From contig NC_067398.1 of assembly GCF_016432865.1 (NCBI RefSeq), forward strand, positions 391,902,001-391,966,000: a DNA stretch of 64,000 bases, given 5' to 3'. Each line of letters opens with the position of its first letter. The stretch's first letter is position 1. The position numbers were made by a program, and so were the translations under genes. This DNA is from Antechinus flavipes. Lineage: Eukaryota. Below the pieces are notes generated by a model. It saw only the letters and a list, made by a program, of their open reading frames with translations, made no database searches and had not been told where the DNA came from. Shown piece after piece: positions 26,946 to 39,960 of this stretch.

Positions 26946-27411
26946 GAATGCCTAGCACCTCATAGATATTTTATGATCCACAGAACCAGTTAATGAGAAT
27001 CCTCTCAGATTTAATTTGGCTCATATGAGTCTCAAGTTGATCTTATTCAGTGATATGGTCTACAGTACATATTCAATATTTAGTAACTGTAGTGCATTGC
27101 TGAAGTAGAGGCCAAAAAAGTAATATCAAAATCCTATGCTGTAGAATCTGGAATCAAGAAATTAAGGCCAAAACTTTTTAGGTTATTCAGAAGATATACT
27201 TTTCTATATTATGAATCCTTTCTTTAAGAAGAGTAAGAAGGCCCTGAATGAAATTGGCATAGAATTGCATAAAAAATAATCTCTAATCTAGCAGAAAAGA
27301 AGGAGCTATAAAATAAAGTAGTTAATTAGGATTAATTATCTCTGTATAATGAGATCATGGTCTGATTATAATAAAAATCTCAGTACAGATAAAGAACAAA
27401 GATGTATCATG

Positions 27412-30141
27412 AGTTGGTACTGATACCTAAACCAGACAGGTTGAAAACAGAGGAGGAAAATTACAGGTCAATCTCCCCAATGAATATTGATGCTAAAATC
27501 TTAAATACAACATTAGCAAAAAGACTACAGAAAATCATCCCCAGGATAATATACCACGACCAAGTAGGATTTATACCAGGAATGCAGGGCTGGTTCAATA
27601 TTAGAAAAACTATTAGTATAATTGATGATATCAATAACCAAATTAACAAAAAAAATGATCATCTCAATGTAGATTGATGTAGAAAAAGCATTTGATAAAA
27701 CCCAACATTCATTCCTATTAAAAATACTTGAGACTAAGTGGACTAAATGGACTTTTCCTTAAAATAATCAGTAGCATCTATTTAATACCATCAGTAAGCA
27801 TCACATGTAATGGGGATAAACTGGAACCATTCCCAATAAGATCAGGAGTGAAACAAGGTTGTCCACTATAACCATTATTATTCAATATTGTATAAGAAAT
27901 GCTAACTTCAGCAATAAGGGTTGAGAAAGAGATTAAAGGAATTAGAGTAGGTAATGAGGAAACCAAATTATCATTCTTTGCTGATGATATGATGGCATAC
28001 TTAGAGAGCCCCAGAGATTCTACTAAAAAGCTATTAGAAATAATCCACAACTTTAGCAAAGCTGCAGGATACAAAATAAACCCACATAAGTCATCAGCAT
28101 TCTTATACATCACTAACAAAATCCAACAGTTACAAAGTTACAAAGAGTTACGAAGAGAAATTCCATTGAAAGTAACTACCAATAGTATAAAATATTTGGG
28201 AATTTATCTGCCAAGGGAAAATCAGGAACTATATGAGCAAAACTACCAAACACTTTCCACACAAATAAAGTTAGAGCTAACCAATTGGAAAAATATTAAA
28301 TGCTCTTGGATAGGGTGAGCAAATATAATAAAGATGACAATACTACCTAAACTAATCTATTTATTTAGCGCTATACCAATCAGACTCCACAAAACTATTT
28401 TAGTGACATAGGAAAATGACCTAGAACAAAGTTCATATGGAAAAACTAAAGGTCAAGCATCTCAAGTGAACTAATGAAAAAAAAATTAAATGAAAATGGC
28501 CTAGCTGTACCAGATCTAAAATTATATTATAAAGCAATAGTTACCAAAACCATTTGGTATTGGCTAAGAAATAGACTAGTTTTTCACTGGAATAGGTTAG
28601 GCTCAAAGGTCAGTCAATGACAAAACAGTCAATAACTTTAATAATCTAGTGTTTGACAAACTCAAAGACCCCAACTTTTGGGAAAAGAATTCACTGTTTG
28701 ACAAAAACTGCTGGGAAAATTGGAAATTAGTATGGCAGAAACTAGACATTGACCCACACTTAACAATGTACACCAAAATAAGGTCAAAATGGGTTCATGA
28801 TCTAGGCATAAAGAAAGAGATTATAAATAAATTAGAAGAACATAGGATAGTTTACCTCTCAGACCTGTGGAGGAGGACGGAATTTATGATCAAAGAAGAA
28901 CTAGAGATCATTATTGATCACAAAATAGAAAATTTTGATTATATCAAATTGAAAAGTTTTTGAATAAACAAAACGAATGCAGATAAGATTAGAAGGGAAG
29001 CAATAAACTGGGAAAATATTTTTACAGTCAAAGATTCTAATAAAGCCTTATTTCCAAAATATAGAGAGAATTGACTCTAATTTATAAGAAATCAAGCCAT
29101 TCTCCAATTGATAAATGGTCAAAGGATATGAACAGACAATTCTCAGATAAAGAAATTGAAATTATTTCTAGCCATATGAAAAGATGCTCCAAGTCATTAT
29201 TAATCAGAGAAATGTAAATTAAGACAATTCTGAGATATCACTATATACCTGTCAGATTGACTAGGATGACAGAGAAAGATAATGTGGAATGTTGGAGGGG
29301 ATGGGAGAAAACTGGGACACTGATACATTGTTGGTGGAATTGTGAATACATCCAGCTATTCTGGAGAGCAATTTGGAACTATGCTCAAAAAGTTATCAAA
29401 CTGTGCATACCCTTTGATCCAGCAGTGTTACTACTGGGCTTATATCCCAAAGAGATCATAAAGAAGAGAAAGGGATCTGTATGTGCACAAATGTTTGGGG
29501 CAACCCTCTTTGTAGTGAAAACTGAAAACTAAGTGGATGCTCATCAATTGGAGAATAGCTGAATAAATTGTGGTATATGAATGTTATGAAATATTATTGT
29601 TCTTTAAGAAATGACCAGCAGGATGATTTCAGAAAGGCCTGGAGAGACTTATATGAACTGATGCTGAGTGAAATGAGCAGGACCAGGAGATCATTTTATA
29701 CTTCAACAACAATACTATATGATGATCAATTCTGATGGACGTGGCCTTCTTCAGCAATGAGATGAACCAATCAATTCCAATAGAGTAGTAATGAATTGAA
29801 CCAACTATACCCAGCGAAAGAACTTTGGGAAATGAGTGTGAACCACTACATAGGATTCCCAATCCCTCTATTTTTGTCCGTCTGAATTTTTGTTTTCCTC
29901 ACAGGTTAATTGTACAGTATTTCAAAGTCTGATTCTTCTTGTGCAGCAAAATAATTGTATGGACATGTATACATATATTGTATTTAACATATACTTTAAC
30001 ATTTTAAACATGTATTGGTCTACCTGCCATCTGGGTAGAGGGAGAAAATTGGAACAAAAGGTTTTGCAATTATCAATGCTGAAAAATTACCCATGCATAT
30101 ATCTTGTAAATAAAAAGGCTATAATAAAAAGTTAAAAAAAA
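27412..30141 (+). mobile_element. 5'-truncated L1 (ORF2 RT and C-terminal part, disrupted; 3'UTR; polyA) with 14-bp TSD
   Basis: ORF fragments [33 protein letters not shown] and HCWW.C...Q.FW are L1 ORF2, broken by stops and frameshifts. PolyA at ~30134-30144; TSD AAAGATGTATCATG at 27398-27411 and 30142-30155. Confidence 0.97.
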
Positions 30142-30559
30142 AAAGATGTATCATGTGTTCCATCATTTGCAAGACTCTTTATTACCTCCAAGTTTCCAGC
30201 ATGTATCACAGTACCTGGCACATAACTAGTACTTCATAAATGTTTATAAACTGACCGACTCATCTATTACAACAGGAAGTTTAAGAACAATGTATTTTTT
30301 GGTTTGGGTTTATCATTATTCTGGCAATTCTACTTCATACTCTATTACAGACCAGGATGATTATTTAAATTCAATAGCCAAGTAGTTAACTGAGACTCAA
30401 CAGACATAACAAATGGAGATGTAATACTTAGTTCTTGAACAGAAAGGGAAGCCATCTTCCCAGGAAAAAGCTATCTTTTTCTATGAAGGCTGATGGGGTA
30501 AAGGAAAAAAATCAAATGTTCTTGTCTCCTCTCAGCTTGGTCTTGGTAACAGATTAATA

Positions 30560-30770
30560 TTAACTAGCATTTATATAAACTTCAAGGTCATCAAAGCTCT
30601 TTACCCATATTATATTTTCATAGAAATTTTGGGAATTAGGTTCTATTATCTGTACTTCACAAAGGAGGAAATTGAGGCAGGCAGAGGTTAAGTGATTTGT
30701 TCAAGATCAAACAGCCTATCTGAATTCAATTCTTGATTCCAGGTTCAGTGCTCTATTCACTATGCCATTT
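30560..30770 (-). mobile_element. MIR-type SINE
   Basis: GAGGAAATTGAGGCAGGCAGAGGTTAAGTGATTTG...GTGCTCTATTCACTATGCC. Confidence 0.75.
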
Positions 30771-31409
30771 ACCTAATTCTGTAAATAAGTAGTATGAATG
30801 TTAACTTACATGACCAAGATGATGGCATTATTTTTAGTATGGTCATATATATGTATAAAACAAAAATTAAAGATGTTGACTTCATTGAGATTTTTATTCA
30901 GATCTTCCTTTTCCTACCAAGTTCATCAATACGTGATTGAAACCTCACCTGTGGGTCTCCTTGGGAATAAAAGATGTAGTTTCTGACTTCTTGAAACTTG
31001 CCAAAGCTAGCACTTTTTGAATAACTTATTCTAAAATTTGAGGCCATAGGAACTGGCAGGGACAACAGGGAGTTTGGTGAGTCATCATAACTATCAATAA
31101 ATTCTGTTGTTCTAAATCTCTATCACATCCAGAAAACAAATTGAAATTAATTAATCAAAGGGCATGACCAATCAGAAAGATAATTTATATATTTTTTGAC
31201 TATTTTAGCTTTGTTTTCATATCTAAGACCAAAGATGAAAAGAAATGTAAGCTTCATAAATGGATCAAAATAAGATTGATATATATTTTATATATATATA
31301 TCTGTAATTATATGACTGATTCTCATGCAATCACTATAGCACCTTCATGAAATTAAATTTATGTAATGAAGGAAAAAAATGCATTGATCTTAAACTTCCT
31401 ATTGGAATA

Positions 31410-31960
31410 GATCAGTCAGCTAATAAACATTTATAAAGTACTTGTTATGTGCCAGGTAATGTATTACATGTTGGAGATACAAAGAAAGATAAAAGAAAGT
31501 TCCTGGTTCTCAAATTGGAAATAATCACAGAATTAAGAAGGATCAAGAAAGGTTTCCTGTAAAAGGTGGGATTTTGGCTGGCAACTGAAGAAAGCAGGGA
31601 AGCCAGGAAACAGAGATGGAAGAGGATAAGCATCCTAGGCATTGGGGACCTCCAGTAAAAACACAAGGTTTTGGGACATGGAATATCTGGTGGAGAGCGT
31701 GAGTTAGAGTGAGTTAGGTCACTGTGGGTAGAGCCTGAGTATGTGGATAGGATTATAAAATATAAGAAGAATGGAAAGTTCATGATGAGAGGAGATTATG
31801 AAGAACAATGAATATCTGAGGATTTTATATTTAATCTAGGAGATGAGAGGGAATTGCTAGAATCTATTGATTAAGAAGTGACATAATAGACTTGTACTTT
31901 AGGAAGATCAGTTTGGCAGCTGAGTGGAAAAAGGATTGGCATAGGGAGAAACTTTTGACA
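31410..31960 (-). mobile_element. L2 3' fragment
   Basis: TCAGTCAGCTAATAAACATTTATAAAGTACTTGTTATGTGCCAGG followed by purine-rich antisense L2 text. Confidence 0.78.
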
Positions 31961-32029
31961 AGTACATCACCAAACAGAATATAACTGAATGCAATTGTGG
32001 TACATTTTTAATTAGCTGTATTTTCCCAC

Positions 32030-32282
32030 AGGGCTGTTAGATGGCATAATGGATAGAGTGCTGGGCCTAGAATCAGGAACACTCATCTTCTGAATTCAAA
32101 TCTGATCTCAAGATACACTATCTGTATGACTCTGGGCAAGTCACTCAACTTTGTTTGCCTCAGTTTCCTCATCTGTAAAATTAATTGGAGAAGGAAATGG
32201 CAAACCATTCCAGTATCTTTGCCCAGAAAATCCTAAATGAGATCATGGACAGTCAGACACAACCAAAATAACTAAACAATAA
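32030..32282 (+). mobile_element. Mar1-like CORE-SINE
   Basis: Head + CORE + GGAGAAGGAAATGGCAAACCATTCCAGTATCTTTGCCCAG tail. Confidence 0.87.
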
Positions 32283-32472
32283 TACTCCCCCAAACTCAAC
32301 AGCTTCCTCTATTTTCTGAAGTAAAGAGATCCAAAAGGTCCATAGAATCTTTCAAGTATTCTCAAGGGTCCATAACTTTAGGCTCCAGAATCTAAGATAA
32401 TAACTAGGTAGATGTGCTCACTTCTATTTCATGTTTTTTAGGATTAAACTGTGGAGCTGTGATTTCACTGGT

Positions 32473-33233
32473 TTTTTTTTTTCCTTTTTTAAAATTTTAT
32501 TTATTTTTAACCCATGCCAGGGGGATTTTTTACAGCATTATCCCTTGCACTCACTTCTGTTCTGATTTTTCCCCTCCCTCCCTCTACTCCCTCCCTCAGA
32601 TGGCAAGCAGTCCTTTACATGTTAAATAGGTTACAGTATATCCTAGATACAATTTATGTGTGCAGAACCAGACAGTTCTCTTGTAGCACAGGGAGAATTG
32701 GATTCAGAAGGTATAAATAACCCAGGAAGAAAAGCAGTTTGTATTCATTTCCCAGTGTTCTTTCTTTGGGTGTAGTTGCTTCTGTCCATCCTTGATCAAT
32801 TGAAACTGAGTTAGGTCTCTTTATCGAAGAGATCCATTTTCATCAGAATACATCCTCATATAGCATCGTGTTGAGGTATATAATGATCTCCTGGTTCTGC
32901 TCATTTCATTTAGCACCAGTTCATGTAAGTCTCGCCAGTCCTCTCTGAATTCATCCTGCAGGTCATTTCTTACAGAACAATGATATTCCATAACGTTCAT
33001 ATACCACAATTTGCTCAATCATTCTCCAATTGATGGGCATCCATTCATTTTCCAGCTTCTAGCCACTACAAACAGGGCTGCCACAAACATTTTGGCACAT
33101 ACAGGTTCCTTTCCCTTCTTTAGTATCTCTTTGGGGTATAAGCCCAGTAGAAACACTGCTGGATCAAAGGATATGCACAGTTTGATAACTTTTTGAGCAT
33201 AGTTCCAAATTGCTCTCCAGAATGGCTGGATGT
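32473..33233 (-). mobile_element. L1 3' end with 17-bp TSD
   Basis: Antisense ORF2 tail IQPFWRAIWNYAQKVIKL...; TSD GCTGTGATTTCACTGGT (32456-32472) / GTTGTGATTTCATTGGT (33234-33250). Confidence 0.92.
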
Positions 33234-33469
33234 GTTGTGATTTCATTGGTATAGATAATTCACAAGTGAGCAAACTCACTATAGCAATGCAGATCTGTGT
33301 GCTCTTTGCAGTTTATAATCTTAAGAGCTGCCTAGGACAATGGGAGATAAAATAACTTGCTCAAAGTCACAAAGCTAATTACATGTCACAGGGAATTCTT
33401 AAGTCTAGATCTTTATGGCTTCAAGGACAGTTTTCTATTACTTACTGTATGCTATCTTTTTTACAGAAA

Positions 33470-34720
33470 TTTCCCCAGAATCATCAGATTTTTAGAGTTG
33501 GAAGAGGTGCCAGCAGCCAAATAGTCCAAACTTATATGCCCAAAGAATCTCTATTATAAATGCTTAACAAATGCTCAGTTAGTCTCTACTTCAAAACTTC
33601 TAATGACAGGGGACCTATTACTTTCTGAGCCAGCCAAGTCCATTTTTGGAGAGCTCTAGTTGCTAGAAAGTTTTTCCAGACATCAAATCTAAATTTGGCT
33701 CTTAGTATTTCTCCTGGTTCTTCCCACAGTGGCCAAATAGAACAAGCCTAATCCTTTTTCCACATAACAACCCTCCAAATACTTGGACAGAGCTATCATA
33801 TCTTACCTATGACATCTTTTCTCCAGAATAAACATTCCTACTTTCTTCAATTTGTTCTTATATGATGTTTACTCAAAACTTTTAAACCACTCTGATGGCT
33901 TTGTTTTGGCTAGTCTTCCCAACTTATAGAGATCTTTAAATTCAGGACTGAACATTGTATTTGAAATGTGATCTGACCAGGGTGATTTAGGATGAATACT
34001 TCCTTTTTCCTGGAAAAATACCTCTTCTTTTAGTACAGCACAATATTGCATTAGCTTTTTTTTTTTTTTTTTTGGTCCATCCTATAATACTGAATTAATA
34101 TTGAGCTTATAAACCATTAGTATTCCTAGATCTTTTTCAGATAAAGTTCAATCTAATCAGGCTGCCCCCATTCTGCATACATAAAGCTGATTATAAACTT
34201 ATATGTATGACATATCTATTCCAACTGAATTTCCTCCTTTTTAAGCCCAGCATCCTGTCCATATCTCTTTAGATCCTGTCCTCTAGTGTTTAACTTAACT
34301 TTTCCAGCTTTGTGTCATTTCTAAACTTGATGAGCATACCATGTTTATACAAGTCATTGATAAAAATGTTAAATAACATAGAGCTAGATACATATCCTCA
34401 AGACTCTTCATGGAAGATCTTGTGCAATATGGAACTATTAAACAACTACTTTTTGAGTACATTCAGCTGATTCCAAATCCATCTAATTCTATCATCTTCT
34501 AGTCCTCATGTCTTCATTTTTTTATAATTACAGAATAAGATACTTTGTCAGTGTCTTTGCTGAAAATAGGGATAAACTGTAACTAGTTTTCACCTGATCT
34601 ACTACATGTTTAGTAAACATGTCAAAAAATGAAAAGTTGTTCTGTCATGATCTGTTCTTGATATAGTTATGCTGGCTCTTTGTTATCATTCTTTTTTTCT
34701 TTCCAGAAACTCACTGACCA
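33470..34720 (-). mobile_element. CR1/L3 fragment (continues, more decayed, at ~35200-35560)
   Basis: Starts with the antisense L3 terminus GAATCATCAGATTTTTAGAGTTGGAAGAGG; CTTTTCTCCAGAATAAACATTCC and AGGACTGAACATTGTATTTGAAATGTGATCTGACC are L3 RT motifs. Confidence 0.8.
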
Positions 34721-35819
34721 TCTCTTTAAGGATATGTATTAGGGATTAGATCAGTAATACTAAACAACTTTGTCCAACAGCTAAACAGCACTTGAAAGTA
34801 AATTGGGCGAGGGTAAATGCTTTAAGCAAATACTTTAAGACCTACTCTAAATTAGGGCCTGAATTAGTATAGAGGAAAACATGTCCCTGGTTCAGGTGAG
34901 TGTTTTCTATTTCTGTTTTTGCTATAACTTCTTAATATCTTTATCTATCTCTTAAAAAAACCAATTAATATTGATGAAATTAAGGTGCTAATTGTTGCCA
35001 GTATTTGGTAGATCAAAACAGATTGGGGGTCTAAACTGGTAGCATTAGAAAAAACACTCCCTCATGAACTAACCCTAGAACTTCAAGAAAGAGAGAGAGA
35101 TCCAGCAAGCCTTGTTCTTAGGGATCCTGCCACATCAAATACAGTGAAGCTTTATGATTCAGATGCTCAGAACTTTTAAAGTCCAGAGAAGCTCTCTCAA
35201 TTTTATCAGTAATCAAATCACTGGAGAATAATTTTCAGATATTGTCTTATTTTAAAAAGGGACATATGTCTTTCTCCAGGTCTATGGTACTACTTTCATT
35301 TCTCATAGTTTCTCAAATGTCACTAACAATAGCCCAACAACCACACCCATCAGTTCTTTCAGTGACCAGTCATCTTGCTGAGATGATTTGAATTCATACA
35401 AGGCAACTAGGTGCTCTAATAATATCTTCTTATTTTTCTTGGGAAAACATTCCTCATTGCAATTTGGTGCTCTTTCCTCTGTAAATCAGATCATTCTTCA
35501 GGATAAAGAAAAAGAAGCAAAATATTAAGAAGCTCTTCTTTCCTTCTATTATCAATTATCATATTTACCTTAAGTGGTGGTCCATTTCCTTTTCTATAGC
35601 TCTTCTTTTCCACAATATTGATTAATAATAAATCCTTGGATGAGTTTTCAGCTTAGACAAATATCAAGTCAACTTTGAATAACTTGGTTTTCTTAGGCCC
35701 CAAACTCTAAGAGCAGTCTCTCTCTTACATCCTATACCTTTTCCATTAGCCTTACTTCATTGTGAGGTTTAACATTCCTGAAACTATTTTTATAGGACCA
35801 TGCCAAATGGGTTCTTTGT

Positions 35820-36340
35820 TTTATTTTTTAAAATATTATGGTCATAGCAAACATCAACAAAAATAAACATTTTCTTATTTAAAAAATAATAGAAAAGGAT
35901 TGTATATAATATTATGAATCTATTGTCCACAGCATTTAAAAAGAATAGTTATTCTAATGACAGTATATTTTTTCTGCACTAAGATTTTTGGGACTTCCTG
36001 CATATATTAAATTTAACATGGCAGTTTCAAAATTACTCTGCTTGATTATTCCCTTATGTTCTCATTTGTATATTTTAAAAATATTTGCTATATATGCCCT
36101 TTCCTTTCTTATTTTTTGTTATCACTAGTTCCTATTCTCCTTTATATTCACTCCCCTTAAAAAAATAAAGCTCTCTTTTGTAACAAATAAGTAGAATCAA
36201 GCAAAAGAAATACACACATTTGGTATCTGAAAATATATGCATCATTCTGTACCTTTAGTTTGCTTTTAGCAGATAGAGAATGCCAAACGATTTCTGGAAC
36301 ATGGATACCTCTCGTCACTCATAACATCCTTCTGCCAGGA
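35820..36340 (-). mobile_element. Old L1 3'UTR fragment
   Basis: T-rich tail followed by degenerate ancient marsupial L1 3'UTR-like text (AACATCAACAAAAATAAACATTTTC...AAATAAGTAGAATCAAGCAAAA). Confidence 0.55.
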
Positions 36341-37329
36341 TTGTGATGTTTTCTCAGTTCATCTATTTCCCCTTTCTTTCTAGGTGGTTTATAATAATTC
36401 CAATGACAAAATTGCTTCTGTTTTCCCCCTCAATGATTTTCTTTAAAACTTTTCACTATGCTTTCCCCCCTTTCATTCCTGGGTTTCCTTAAATGAGTAT
36501 ATTTTCTACTTACTCTATGCTACCCCAATCTTAACTACTTTTGAATAAAGTATACTTACCAAGAGCCACATTTAAGTCTTGGATTTGATCCTTCTAAATC
36601 TTGTGTGATTCTTTGTGCTACAAGTCATTGTGGCATAGCATCAGTTAACTTTTTTAATCTTTTAAGTTTTACAGTTCATAAAGCTGTGGTTTTAGTATGG
36701 TTCTAATGCACCAACTAATCTAGTTGGTACAATGGATAGAGCAATAGTCCTCATGTCAGGAAGAACTCTTGGTCCATGGAGAACCATAAGGAACATTAAA
36801 TATCTTCCTTCCCAGAAATGTTACACATTATACTTTCAAAAAGAGTGGTCATTAAAAAAAGAGATAATTAATATCTCTTTTAAAAGTTTGAAAGGTAACA
36901 TGGCATAAAGTCTACAAAGAATAAAGAGCTGGTCTCTAAGCCAGAAAGACTTCTATTTGAGTGCCTCTGACACACAACAATTGTGGGCAAATCATTTAAA
37001 CTATCACAACTCTAAGCAATCCTTTAATACCTTAAATTGTAGGGAAAGTGCTTACTTGTATCGCTCGAAGGAATATTCTCATCGTAAACTTCCTTGTATC
37101 AATGAAATCATAGGCCCTTGCTTTGAAAAATTCAACAGGGAGAAAGTAGAGGCTTTTGGATCAAAAAAGAAAATTTTTTGTAAGACTCTAAGGCTTATTA
37201 AAAAAACTTTTAAAGAAAAATACAAAAAAAATAGAAGGGGAAAGTCATCATTGAAAGATTTTATGAATGATACTTTAAAGTTCTATTAGATATATTGTTT
37301 CTTAACTTCAATTCAACATATACATTGTA

Positions 37330-38140
37330 TTAACTCTATGTAAGACATTGGGGATACAAAGAATAAACAAAAGAATACCTTTAGGAAATTAAATTATACA
37401 GGAATGATACAGCAAGTTTAGAGACAACAGGAAGATCAGGAAAGAATAACTATTAACTGTGCTAGTCTCAAAGGAAAATGCAGAAATGGATGAAGATTTA
37501 ATACATCAAGGATGGCTTGTCCAGTAGATTTATTTTTGTGGAACACAGATTGTGTGAAGACAAGTTATATGAAATAATCTCTAAAGATAGATTAGGGTTA
37601 GACTATGGAAAAGCTTAAATAGTTGGTCCATTTTTCATACTAGAAGCAATAGAAGCCACTCAGAGTTTGTTTGTTTGTTTTTTGTAGAGGAGTAATATAG
37701 TTAGACCTATGCTTTAAGAAGAGCATTTTTTTGCAGCCATATGAACAATGCATTGGAGAGGGGGATGAATGAAGGTTAGGAGACTATGATGAGAACAATT
37801 GAGAGGCAATGATGCTTAGGTTGTTGTGTGAGGGGAGAGGAGATGAATGCAAAAAAAAAAAAAAAAAAGATGTGCTGAAGGGTGGATCTTAGCAACTGAT
37901 GGTGTGGAAGAAGAGGGAGAAGGAAGAACCAAAGGAGTTTCCAAGATTATAAATCTCAGTTACTGGGAGAATGGTGATACCCTCAAAAAATAATGAAGTT
38001 TGGAAAAGAGGAAGCTTTAAGGGTGGTGGGAAATAACAAGTTCTATTTTGAAGATGAGTTTGAGATGGCAAAACACATCCAGGTGGCACTTGTATTGAAG
38101 GGCTAGAATTCTAAAGATAGGTAAGGCTGGGCTTATAGAC
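37330..38140 (-). mobile_element. L2 fragment
   Basis: Purine-rich antisense L2 text (GGAGAATGGTGATACCCTC...GAGTTTGAGATGGC...CATCCAGGTGG). Confidence 0.7.
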
Positions 38141-38384
38141 TTGGGAGTAAATTGTATAGAAACAATAATTGAACCTGAGTATTTAGGATTAAGGCACTGT
38201 TTCACCGAACCTACCATATGCAAGATACTCTCCCCTCCTTGTTCATTATGCAGATATGTTGTTATGATAGTGTTCAGCCTTGGATGTCTTGGTTTCTGGT
38301 GAGAGGGGGCTCCCTTTTCTTGCATTTGTTGTCTCATAAAGCCTCTCACCATAAGTGATTTTTAAGTTAGATAAATAAATTACA

Positions 38385-38620
38385 ATAGGCAGGTAGAGTT
38401 CTGGGCCTGGAGTCAGAAAATCTCAGTTCAAATCCACTCACACGCTCACTATGTAGCTCTGGTTAAGTCATGTAATTTGTTTTTTGCTTCAGTTTCTTCA
38501 GCTGTAAAATGGGGATAATAATAGCACTTACCTCCAAGAGTTCTCCTGAGGATCAAATGGGATAATTGTAAAGTACTTAGTATAAGACCTGATACTATAA
38601 GAGTAGGCACTATATAAATT
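38385..38620 (+). mobile_element. MIR-type SINE
   Basis: AGAGTTCTGGGCCTGGAGTCAGAAAATCTCAGTTCAAATCC...CTGTAAAATGGGGATAATAATAGCAC. Confidence 0.8.
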
Positions 38621-39559
38621 CTATCTATTATTATGATTTTCCTCCACCCTCTCCCTCAATAAATCCTTAGGCTCAAAAGTCTGAGGAATTCTAAAAAGAA
38701 AGGAGGAAAAAAAGTACTGGATGGACAATCTATATAGAACAGATAAGTTATTATTACATTCAAAAGAATACTAAGCATAAAAGAATCACAGTGTGCAGTA
38801 ACAGAATGGAACAGAATTAAATACCAATCTACTAGGAGTCTAATTAGAATATAAAATAATTTCAAGAATGGTTAATCAGTATTACACCACACCTCAGCTG
38901 ATGGCTATCCAAACAACTCAAGGTACAATTTTATTGTGTATAAAATGGGACAGAGTGGTGTTAAACTTTTTGTCAGTGATTGATTTCAGTATAACACATT
39001 CCCTTGCAGACATCTCCCATTCAGTCCTTCTAGACCTTTCAAACCAGTTGCCTCAAATCCTAGACACATCTAGTTTGGGATACTCATTTGCCTGAAATCA
39101 AGGAAGAACAAATATAAAAAGGGCAAAGGTAGTTGTAGGACTTGGTGCAAGGCTGTGTACTTCAGTTCATGCTTGAAGTGGAGATGGGCAGTAGAGGGCA
39201 CAGTGATACTGAGGTATTGAAAGACATTCTTTCCAGGCCTTCATTGAAGTCACAGGATACTACCTGGAGAGTTACTGCCACATGGAGGAGATGACTAAGG
39301 GAAGGACCATTCAGGACTTTCTTCACTTTTAAAATGCCAAATGCTTTCATCAACTGGCCACTATTTGGTCATAGGCAGATAGATATTTACTCCTAAAAGG
39401 AAGTCAAGCTATGGATTACTTGAAGTTGTAGAAATTTCCAAAGAAACTCTGGGCACATGGTCCTCTACAGGTCATTTCAGGTTTGTTACAAATATATGGT
39501 ATCATTAAGAATAAATGTGTAGAAGGAGTAGAGAAGGGCAAGGCCAGAACATTATAAAG

Positions 39560-39960
39560 AAAAGAAAGAATCCTTGCCTTGAAGGAATCTGTAATCTAAT
39601 TTAAAGAGAGGCAAGATATAGGGGACCAGGGAAAAAATGTACGCAATGAAAGGAGCCTTAGATTTGAAGGCATAATCTTACTTGGGGAACAATACATAAA
39701 TCAACAAAATACTGGGAACAAGCAGTCAGAAGGAGAACTATTCATTCAAACAGGGAAGGAGAAAGTTAAGCTATAAAGAGGTATCAAAAACTGCAAAGAA
39801 GTCCAGAGGCATGAGAAATTAGGACTTTTGCATTGAATTTATCATTTCTGAGAACACTGTGAGTGCAGTTTCCACAAAGTGGTTAAGTTGAAAATCATAT
39901 TGCAAGGAATTGAGAAGTGAATGACTGATTGTTAGGAAATGTAGTTAGTGAGTTTATGAT
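39560..39960 (-). mobile_element. L2 fragment
   Basis: CCTTGCCTTGAAGGAATCTGTAATCTAA...GCAAGGAATTGAGAAGTGAATG. Confidence 0.55.

Noticed and set aside
36261-36319. About 60-bp apparently foreign segment with two CpGs inside the old L1 fragment
   Set aside because: It depends on my memory of a very old consensus; the source cannot be identified and it does not look mitochondrial or like an RNA gene.
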